A DNA stretch of 64,000 nucleotides from Rebecca billardiae RCC1528 (lineage: Eukaryota; Protista; Haptophyta). The translations under genes and the position numbers were made by a program. Below, piece by piece: positions 56,101 to 64,000 of the stretch (the first letter of the stretch is position 1; each line of letters opens with the position of its first letter). A model generated the notes under the pieces. That model saw only the letters and a list, made by a program, of their open reading frames with translations, had not been told where the DNA came from and did not search any database. Location of the stretch: contig OZ251242.1 in NCBI GenBank assembly GCA_965240325.2, forward strand, positions 1,054,001-1,118,000. Reading direction: 5' to 3'.

Positions 56101-57692
56101 TGGCGCAGGTCCTGCGGCCCGGGGAGTTCGATGCCTGCGCGCGCGCGCGGAGGGAGGCGCGGGTGGGCGCGCGCGACCCGCCGGCGGCGGGCGGCAGCGG
56201 CTCGTGCCGCGCCAACGCGCCAGGCCACGGCGCGCATCTGGCGCGTCGGGCGGCGCACCCGTCTTGTGAATGTGCAGCGCGCGCTCCACCGCGCGGCGCT
56301 CGCGCGGGTCGTGCAAGTAGAGGACGTCAGTGCACGCGTTGTGCAGGTTGCGCAGCTGCACGAGGTTGACGCCGCAGCCCTCGTTCAGCGCCGCCTGCAT
56401 CTTCGCCTCGATCAGCCGCTGCCGCTCCATCGACGCGAACGCGCACCCGTGGCGCACGCCCGAGAAGCGCTCGTAATAAATATCGCGCGATGCCTGGTAC
56501 GGGAAGAAGGAGGCGGGTGATGCCTCGACGGAGGAGCCCTGTTTGCGCAGCGTGCGCGAGAGACGGAGCTCCATCCCCTGCTCCTCCGCCGCGCGCTGCA
56601 GGCACGCCAGCGTCGCGCCCACCACCATGAAGAACTCCTCCTCATCCTTGGAGTGCAGCAGCCGCACCGTCAGGTCGGCGGCCAGCAGCGCGCTCCGAAC
56701 CTGCGCACACGCGCACACGCGCACACCGCACGCCGCGGAGCGGGGTCGGTCCGTCCAAGGGGCGTGCCGCAGGTGAGGCTCGGAGCGGCGTGCGCGGCGC
56801 CGCCGCGCGCCGCCGCGCCGCGCGCGAGGCACGCAGCCACGCACCTCCCGCCAGGTGGGCGAGCGCCTCATGTCGTGCGTGACTGTGTCTACAGACTCTG
56901 CGATGCGCTCAAGCTGTTCGCCCGCCCAGCCCGAGATGCCCCGCCCAGCGCCGTCGGAGCCGGCGCTCCCCGACGGCTCGAGCGCCGGCGGAGACTCTCC
57001 GCGCTCGGCGAGGCTCACGCTCCGCGCCGCCGCGCGGCCCGCGGCCGGCTGCTGCCCCTCTGGAGGCGGCGGCGGCTCGTCGGCTGCCGGGCTCGAGCCC
57101 TGGTGCGGGTGCCGCAGGGAGTCGATCACGCGCAGCTTCTGCCGCTTCTGCTTGGTCTCCTCCTTGATCTGCGGGCGCGCGCGCACGGGCGCGGGTGGGA
57201 GGGCAGCAAGGCACGTGACGCCCGGGCCCGGCGCTGGCCCTGCCGCACGCGTCGCATGCCCACGGCAGGGCCGGCACACGCGCGCGTGCGCCGCGCCGCG
57301 CCGCGGCACGGCGCGGAACGGGGTGCAGGTGCGACTTGCGGTGTGCAGCCCACGCGCCCGGGCCTGGCGCTGACCGGGCGGCACGCGCCGCATGGCCACG
57401 GCACGCGCGCGCAGTGCGCGCAGTGCGCGCACCTCTTTCTGAAGCTCGTTTTTGGAGAGCGACCAGACCATCACGACCTCCCAGAAGATCTCGCGCTGCC
57501 GGGCGTCCTCCTTCGCCGATGCTGCCGCCGCGGACGCGGTGCCCGCGCCGTGCTTCGGCGCGGCGGCCCCGGCCGCGGCCGCCGCGGCCGCGGCGCTAGC
57601 ACACGAGTGCGTGCTTGGTGCGTTCGCTGCACTTGGCGGCGCATCGAGCCGCGCGCCGTGAGCGCGCGCGCCGTCCTCCGCGAGTGCGGGCA

Positions 57693-57723
<31 letters not shown>

Positions 57724-58338
57724 GTACTGGTACGATGGGCTCGGCACCTGCACCGGCGGCGGCACGAGCGGCGGCGGCGGCGGCGGCGGCGGTTCGTGTG
57801 GCGGCGGCGGCGGCTGCGAGAACTGCCGGTACGGCCTGGCGTGCCCGGGCATGCCGGCGCTGCCCTCGCGGCTGGGTGCGTGCAGCGGCGGTAGCTGCTC
57901 CGCGCGGTGACTCAGTGGCGGCGTGCTCCGACCCCACAGCGCCTCTCCGCCCATGGTGGCGGCTGTGGCTGATGCGCCCGCGCGCGCCGTCACTGGTGTG
58001 GGCCCGGCAGCCGTCGGCGCAGGTGTCCAGCCCGCACCGCCGGCTGGGCACGCGTGCGGCATGGCCATGTGCGGCGCGGCACGTGGCAGGGCCACGTGGT
58101 CGCTCGGCCCGTGCAAGGCCGTGCGACCCTCCGCTGCCGGCAGCGGCGACACGGGCCCGCCATGCAAGCCGGGAGCATGGCCGCCTGCCAACGGCGCCGC
58201 GTGACTCGCGTAGCGTGCGGCCGCGCCGTGGCGCGACGGCACGCGGCCTGTATACAGTCCGCGCGGCTGCTCCTCACGCGGGCGACCGTCGCGGCCGTAC
58301 GCGACCATCATCGGCTGCGCGGCCGACGGGCGTGGCAT
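53154..58338 (-). CDS. Anoctamin/TMEM16 family protein (7 exons: 58338-57433, 57168-56845, 56700-56259, 56134-56004, 55871-55240, 55040-53922, 53787-53154)
   Basis: RRYFGEQVSFYFAFLRFYT, FLEMWKRRE, LNEWENHR, KIFIFQFVNSYTSLFYI, EYNEMAMQFGFITMFALAFP, NNIFE..DAHK, GIRPW. Six GT-AG introns restore the frame. Confidence 0.9.
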
Positions 58339-58695
58339 GGCGCCCGCGTCACCTGCTCGCCGGGCTCTTTGAGCTTGAGAGCTCGCCGTAGTGTGCGGCT
58401 CGGCTCTTTGTTGGCCAACTTTTAACCGTCCGGGTTTCCATCCCCTCCTTCACTGCCAAGGCTGATCAACGCACAACGGCTGGGCCGGACCAGTCCGCCG
58501 AATCTCACGGCCGCCTGCGGGCCGGGCGATGGCGGACGCCACGCCCGTCGAGGGCTCATCGCTGCTCGACCCGCGCGCGGACTCTGTGTTCAGCGTGATT
58601 CTCGAGCTTGTGGACGAGCGCTCCCCCATCGCGCTCGCGTGCCGCAGACTGCGGCCGAGGCTGCAGCATACACTGTGACTGCCGGCGCGCGCGGC

Positions 58696-60435
58696 TCACG
58701 CCGCGGCCACTAGCGCTGGGCGCGCGCCTGGCCCCTGCGACGCGTCGGCCCTGGCGGCCTCGTCGAGGCACTGCTGCGCGAACGGCCGCCAGAGCACCGC
58801 CGTGCGCGCAGGCGCGCCCACCGCCATCCCGAGCCCGCGCAGCAGCAGCGACACGCGCGCTGCCATCACGTACTCGAGCGGGAAGGACTTGATCTCGTCC
58901 TGCTGCGAAATCTCGCGGAGGAGATCGCTCGGCCTGCGCCCCGACGCGTCGTCGCGGTCGTACATCAGGCGCGCGAGCCTGAGCGCCGCTTCGCGCGACA
59001 TGCGCGCCGAGCGGAACCCAATCTCGCCGAACGCGCGCACGATGCCGTCCTCGTCGTCGTCCGCGAGCGCGATCACCAGCGTGGCGAGCTTGACGCGCTG
59101 CTCGCTCGTGAGGCGCTTGACTTGGCCGAAGTCGATGAGCCCGAGCTTGCGCCCGCACACGAGCACGTTGCCCCCGTGCGGGTCGCCGTTGAAGCAGCCG
59201 CAGCACAGGATCTGGTGGCCGTGTGCGCGGAGCAGCAGCTGAAGCTGCCGCGCGGCGCGGCGGCGGATGAGCCGCGCGCGCGGCGCGCCGACGACGAGCC
59301 GCGCGCGCTGGCGCAGCGCGAGCGGCGTGTCGGGCTCGCGGCCGAAGAGGCGCTTGGCGCGCAGCCGCGCGACGTTCTCCACGCCCAGCGCCCGCGTCAG
59401 CCTGCCCTGCAGGTCCTCCGTGAGCTTCACGCCCGGCAGCCACTCCATGACCAACACCTCAGTCGTGCAGAGCGACAGCTCTGGCAGAGGCACGCGCACG
59501 CGCCGCGGGAAGCGTGCGCGCATGGCCTCGCCGATCTCGGCCATGTCGCGCGCCTCGCGCGCGAAGTCGAACTCGGTGCGGAAGCGCCGGCGGATCTCGC
59601 CCACCACCGGCGCCATCGGCGGCAGCGCGATCCGGATCACCTGCTGGATATTCCACAGGTCCTGCATGAACAACACCTTGGCGCGCGGCCGCTGCACCTT
59701 GAGCACGACGGTCTGGCCGGTGGCGCGGAGCACGCCGCGGTGGACCTGCGCGATCGACGCGCTGCCGATCGGCTCGGCCTCCACCTCCGAGAAGTGCTCG
59801 GCCAGCGGCGCGCCGAGCGAGCGCTCCACGTCGCGCCGCACGGCCGGCCACGGCCTCGGCTCGACCTGGTCCTGCAGAGTTGAGAACGCCTCGACGTACG
59901 CGTACGGGAGCAAGTCGTGGCGGTTGGAGCAGACCTGGCCCACCTTGACGTACCCGCCCTGCAGCCGGTTGATGATCGCGAGCACGCGCGGCGCCATCGC
60001 CGCGTGCAGCTCCCGCCGTCGCTGCGTGCGCTCGTCCTCGCTCGCGTGGCCGAGCGCGGCCCACGCAAAGTGGTGCGCATACTGAGCAAAGATGGGCGCG
60101 GCCAAGGCCCACAGCTGCACGAGGCGGTAGACGGGCTGCACGCCGACTGTGCCGATGGCCCCAGCCGCCGGCACGAGCGCAGCCGCGACCAGCCAGCGCG
60201 CGCGTGGCGCCGGGAGATTGGCGCGCCCGCCCTCGGCATCATCATCGCCACCGCCATCGCCATCGCCGTCATCCTCGGCGACGAGCGCCAGGCGCGAGCG
60301 CGGCGGCACGCGCGGCGGCGGTGGCGTGGCTGACGCACGCACCCCGTGGGAACCGGCCCAGGTGCGGGGCTGCATGGCGTGCGCGCTCGCCATCGCGAGC
60401 CAAACCCATGACACCGGCCAGCGTGCCGCCGCCAT
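58696..60435 (-). CDS. ABC1/UbiB (ADCK) atypical kinase, probably plastid-targeted
   Basis: GGYVKVGQ, LQDQV, PIGSASIAQVH, VVLKVQRP, EFDFAREA, VLVMEW, NGDPHGGN, LIDFG. N-terminal signal peptide. Confidence 0.92.
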   Translation of the reverse strand: MAAARWPVSWVWLAMASAHAMQPRTWAGSHGVRASATPPPPRVPPRSRLALVAEDDGDGDGGGDDDAEGGRANLPAPRARWLVAAALVPAAGAIGTVGVQPVYRLVQLWALAAPIFAQYAHHFAWAALGHASEDERTQRRRELHAAMAPRVLAIINRLQGGYVKVGQVCSNRHDLLPYAYVEAFSTLQDQVEPRPWPAVRRDVERSLGAPLAEHFSEVEAEPIGSASIAQVHRGVLRATGQTVVLKVQRPRAKVLFMQDLWNIQQVIRIALPPMAPVVGEIRRRFRTEFDFAREARDMAEIGEAMRARFPRRVRVPLPELSLCTTEVLVMEWLPGVKLTEDLQGRLTRALGVENVARLRAKRLFGREPDTPLALRQRARLVVGAPRARLIRRRAARQLQLLLRAHGHQILCCGCFNGDPHGGNVLVCGRKLGLIDFGQVKRLTSEQRVKLATLVIALADDDEDGIVRAFGEIGFRSARMSREAALRLARLMYDRDDASGRRPSDLLREISQQDEIKSFPLEYVMAARVSLLLRGLGMAVGAPARTAVLWRPFAQQCLDEAARADASQGPGARPALVAAA

Positions 60436-60500
60436 CGTAATGTACTGTGCATTCGCCTGAACGTCCGAACGTGTGCCACATCCGACATCGACGCCGTGAG

Positions 60501-61656
60501 AAGCTGGCCGGCATGGTCGATGTGAAGCGCCCCACGTGTGATCACACGGGCTGCACCGCGCGGCCTTCGTTCGGCATGCCAGGCGACGCGCGCGCCAGCC
60601 GGTGCGCCGAGCACAAGCTGGCCGGCATGGCCAACGTGAGGAGCCCCAGCTGTGATCACACCGGCTGCACCACGCGGCCTTTGTTCGGCATGCCGGGCGA
60701 CGCGCGCGCCAGCCGGTGCGCCGAGCACAAGCTGGCCGGCATGGTCAACGTGAGGAGCCCCAAGTGTGATCATGCCGGCTGCACCAAGGGCCCTTCGTTC
60801 AGCATGCCGGGCGACGCGCGCGCCAGCCGGTGCGCCGAGCACAAGCTGGCCGGCATGGTCAACGTGAAGAACCATAAGTGTGATCATGCCGGCTGCACCA
60901 AGCAGCCTTCGTTCAGCATGCCGGGCGACGCGCGCGCCAGCCGGTGCGCAGAGCACAAGCTGGCCGGCATGGTCAACGTGAAGAGCCCCAAGTGTGATCA
61001 TGCCGGCTGCACCAAGCAGCCTTCGTTCAGCATGCCGGGCGACGCGCGCGCCAGCCGGTGCGCCGAGCACAAGCTGGCCGGCATGGTCGACGTGAGGAGC
61101 CCTAAGTGTGATCACGCCGGCTGCACCAAGGGCCCTTCGTTCGGCATGCCGGGCGACGCGCGCGGCAGCCGGTGCGCCGAGCACAAGCTGGCCGGCATGG
61201 TCAACGTGAAGAACCGTAAGTGTGATCATGCCGGCTGCACCACGCGGCCTTTGTTCGGCATGCCGGGCGACGCGCGCGCCAGCCGGTGTGCCGAGCACAA
61301 GCTGGCCGGCATGGTCGACGTGAAGAGCCCCAAGTGTGATCACGCCGGCTGCACCAAGGGGCCTTCGTTCGGCATGCCGGGCGACGCGCGCGGCAGCCGG
61401 TGCGCCGAGCACAAGCTGGCCGGCATGGTCGACGTGAAGAGCCCCAAGTGTGATCACGCCGGCTGCACCAAGGGGCCTTCGTTCGGCATGCCGGGCGACA
61501 CGCGCGGCAGCCGGTGTGCCGAGCACAAGCTGGCTGGCATGGTCGGCGTGAGGAGCCTCAAGTGTGATCACGCCGGCTGCACCAAGGGGCCTTGCTTCGG
61601 CATGCCGGGCAACGCGCGCGCCAGCCGGTGCGCCGAGCACAAGCTGGCTGGCATGG
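60501..61656 (+). repeat. Coding tandem repeat, 114-bp unit x10 plus a partial unit
   Basis: AAGCTGGC(C/T)GGCATGG recurs every 114 bp from 60501 to 61641. Confidence 0.97.
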
Positions 61657-61979
61657 CGTGCGTTCGGCTCCCCGTCTCCAAGCGCAGGCAGGAGCATGGC
61701 ACCGGTGACCAGCGCACGAGCGCCACAAAGCGACGGCACAAGGACAACAACCGTACTGCCTCTGTTTTTGACATCGCGCCGCCGCTGACGCCAGCACCGC
61801 CGCTGGTCGCAGTCAGCATCGTCCGCTGGCGCTCGCCAGATGGCACGATCCATTCGGTTGACGACGGGGTGGTCACTGATGGTGTCTGGGCCCGCCTCCA
61901 GGACGCTACTCCCGCACAATGTCCAGCACATCGTCAGCAGCAGGTCATACCTGTGGTGATGGCCAGGAGGGTGGTCTGA
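60513..61979 (+). CDS. EsV-1-7 cysteine-rich repeat protein (10 x 38-aa repeats)
   Basis: Each unit is C-x4-C-x16-C-x2-H-x12 (CDHAGCTKGPSFGMPGDARASRCAEHKLAGMVDVKSPK), the EsV-1-7 signature. First ATG at 60513. Confidence 0.85.
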   Translation: MVDVKRPTCDHTGCTARPSFGMPGDARASRCAEHKLAGMANVRSPSCDHTGCTTRPLFGMPGDARASRCAEHKLAGMVNVRSPKCDHAGCTKGPSFSMPGDARASRCAEHKLAGMVNVKNHKCDHAGCTKQPSFSMPGDARASRCAEHKLAGMVNVKSPKCDHAGCTKQPSFSMPGDARASRCAEHKLAGMVDVRSPKCDHAGCTKGPSFGMPGDARGSRCAEHKLAGMVNVKNRKCDHAGCTTRPLFGMPGDARASRCAEHKLAGMVDVKSPKCDHAGCTKGPSFGMPGDARGSRCAEHKLAGMVDVKSPKCDHAGCTKGPSFGMPGDTRGSRCAEHKLAGMVGVRSLKCDHAGCTKGPCFGMPGNARASRCAEHKLAGMACVRLPVSKRRQEHGTGDQRTSATKRRHKDNNRTASVFDIAPPLTPAPPLVAVSIVRWRSPDGTIHSVDDGVVTDGVWARLQDATPAQCPAHRQQQVIPVVMARRVV

Positions 61980-62935
61980 CGACGATATTAGTCCACCCGT
62001 CCCAGAAAGCCTCTGACGGATCGGGCACTGCCGCCGACGAATCAGGAGACCCGCGTCGTCCTACCTGTGTCGTTAAATCATAGAATGAGTCACTGAGCCC
62101 GTCTTCGGCTCAGCGGGCTCAAAACTGACTTCGGAGCGACGCGAAGCTTCAGGTTTTGAGCTCAGTGACTATGAAATGGGCTGGCTACGAATAGCTGCGG
62201 GTATTTTTCAATACCAGGGGCCTTGCCGGACTCAGTATCTTCCCGGCCGGCGCGACGGCCGGCGGCCACCGATCGGCGCATGCGACCTGCGCGCCGCCGC
62301 GTGCGCGCCCGCCGCGCTGAGGCGAGCGGCGTACGACGCGAACTCGCCAAGCGGGCTGCCGAACATGATGCGCTCGGCGCTTGCATGCCTCCGCAGTGGC
62401 GGCAGCAGCCAGTCGTCCAGCGCGGAGAGGGCGCGTCCTCGCTCGGCGCCGCTCGGCGTTGAACGGCGGCTGCGAGCAGCTCGGCCTTGCACGCGTCGGT
62501 GACGCTCAGGGTAACGTAGCGCATGCCCACTACGCGTGCGCCGCCGTGCACTCTGACGAGGCCTCAGGCGAGCGGCGAGACGACTTCTGGCGCGGGCGTT
62601 GCGTGCACACTCCCGGCGTGCCGAGCAGCGTCAGAATAGCTGCGCGCCGGCATTGGTGGTGGGGTCGGCGAGGCTGGTGTTCGCCGGGGGGCGCGGCAGA
62701 CTCGAGCACATTGCTTCATGGCACGCATGCAGTGAGACACGCCGCAAAATTAGCGAAGACTGAGGAGCTGGCGGCTGAGGTCCGTCGGTCAGCCCGAGTC
62801 ACGCCTCACAGTCCACACGGCGGTGCGTCGCGCCGGCAACGGTCTGACCCAAGCCGCACGCGTCCCAGAGCTAGTAGGCTGCACAGAGGCGCCACAGCTT
62901 GGGCATGGTCCCTGGTATACGGGCTGTGCCACACG

Positions 62936-64000
62936 TCATACTGACACTCGTCCGCTGATGTCGCACTCAGCCTCGTCGTAGTCGTTGTCGAGCTCCACGC
63001 GCCCGCGCATAGCCTGCGCCATCGTCGCCAGATGAAGCATCAGCAGCGCTGTGCCAGCCAGGGCAGCAGACGCAGCGCCCAGCCAGGCCACGCGGTCGCT
63101 GCTCCACGCACGAAGCTCCGCGACATTCGCATCGCCGGAGTCCACCAATGACCTCCCTGCGAGGACGGGCTCTCCCCGTGACACCGACGGACGAAGGGGG
63201 ACTCCACCTTGCGTGCTGCTCAGCCCGCGCCTGCCATTATTCGCTGCGCATGCAAACGGCGTGTGCGCCAGCTGCCACAGCGTGTTGAGCTCAGAGTTGC
63301 CCGAGCCGTCCGGCGCCGCGCGGAAGACGAGGGCGTAGTGCTCGTAGGTCGTGCCGTCCGCTGCCGCTGCGTACGGCACGCGGTACGCGCCGTCTTGCAC
63401 CGCCGTCGCCTCGCCAATCATCGGCCAGCCCGCGCTGGTCGTTGCGCGCGCGTAGAACCACACGCGCACGACGCCGCCCACGTCGAGCCCGACGGAGCCG
63501 AGCAGCTCCGCCGGCAGCGTGAGCTCGGCCGCGCACGCGCCCACGCGCTCGAGGCGCGTGTGCAGCCGAGAGGCGTCCTCGACGCTGGTCACAAGTGGCA
63601 TGGCGTTCGGCGGTGGCGCCGGCGATGGCGACGTGGGTGGTGCGGGTGAAGGCGGTGAGGGAGAAGGCAACGGTGAAGGAGGTGGCGGCGATGGGGACGG
63701 TGGTGGAGGAGGCGGGGAGGGCGACGGCGGCGGCGGCGACAGCGAGGTGGACGGATCGTCGCAGTTGGCGAGGCAGAGGTAGTACCAGTTGCCGTTCGAT
63801 TTCCAGTCCTTGAGGCACTCGGTCAGGCCGGCGCAGCAGTCGACGTGCGCGCCGCCGGCCCACGGGTCGACGCCGTCGGCCGTGCACGGCGCCGGCGGTG
63901 GCGGACTCGGGGTTGGCGGCGGCGGCGGCGGGGACGGCGAGGGTGGCGGCGGGGACAGCGAGGTGGACGGGTCGTCGCAGTTGGCGAGGCAGAGGTAGTA
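62936..64000 (-). CDS. Partial (5' end outside window) membrane-anchored surface protein with repeated 6-Cys module and Ser-Pro linkers
   Basis: The frame is open from the window edge: ..YYLCLANCDDPSTSL-SPPPP..CTADGVDPWAGGAHVDCCAGLTECLKDWKSNGNWYYLCLANCDDP-SPPPP.., then a globular region and C-terminal TM VAWLGAASAALAGTALLMLHL. Confidence 0.75.
   Translation of the reverse strand, partial: YYLCLANCDDPSTSLSPPPPSPSPPPPPPTPSPPPPAPCTADGVDPWAGGAHVDCCAGLTECLKDWKSNGNWYYLCLANCDDPSTSLSPPPPSPSPPPPPPSPSPPPPSPLPSPSPPSPAPPTSPSPAPPPNAMPLVTSVEDASRLHTRLERVGACAAELTLPAELLGSVGLDVGGVVRVWFYARATTSAGWPMIGEATAVQDGAYRVPYAAAADGTTYEHYALVFRAAPDGSGNSELNTLWQLAHTPFACAANNGRRGLSSTQGGVPLRPSVSRGEPVLAGRSLVDSGDANVAELRAWSSDRVAWLGAASAALAGTALLMLHLATMAQAMRGRVELDNDYDEAECDISGRVSV

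Noticed and set aside
60501-61656. Regular repeat array as a possible CRISPR
   Set aside because: Contiguous in-frame 114-bp coding units with no unique spacers and no cas genes; eukaryotic context.
59637-61931. 764-aa minus-strand repeat ORF
   Set aside because: Antisense of the EsV-1-7 array running off-frame into ABC1K; it has no motif of its own.
62115-62163. Hairpin GCTCAAAAC..GTTTTGAGC resembling a Cas9 repeat/anti-repeat
   Set aside because: Single short hairpin in quasi-palindromic intergenic DNA; no array or nuclease gene.
106-64000. Hundreds of Arg/Ala/Pro-rich ORFs in the six-frame track
   Set aside because: Expected off-frame and antisense ORFs in very GC-rich DNA overlapping real genes.

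Overview
GC-rich eukaryotic nuclear DNA, not prokaryotic. It has GT-AG spliceosomal introns of about 110-270 bp, mostly with GTGCG donors and CG-rich bodies, and bipartite plastid-targeting presequences. This points to an alga with a complex plastid; a Pavlovales-type haptophyte is my inference only. About 20 genes can be modelled: a large QueD-like x2 / SAM-methyltransferase / MDR-dehydrogenase fusion, a GT8-like protein, a small membrane protein, an AlkB-type and a P4H-type 2OG-Fe(II) oxygenase, three paralogous intronless ATMIN/WIP/STOP1-like zinc-finger genes, a CCCH protein, a signal peptide + Macro-like + SIR2_2 protein, a TPR-FN3 protein, calreticulin, plastid FtsH, an anoctamin, an ABC1/UbiB kinase, an EsV-1-7 repeat protein and a partial Cys-rich/Pro-rich surface protein. 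The main non-coding highlight is a pair of diverged ~600-bp inverted copies at 27.6-29.15 kb. Their internal stems show compensatory changes and G-U pairs consistent with two divergently transcribed structured RNAs, and they sit inside the zinc-finger cluster. Other non-coding features are a 2-kb TIR element, a pre-miRNA-like hairpin, shared cis-motifs, and quasi-palindromic filler DNA. All alignments and folds were done by eye. Most entries in the six-frame ORF track are GC-driven shadow ORFs.
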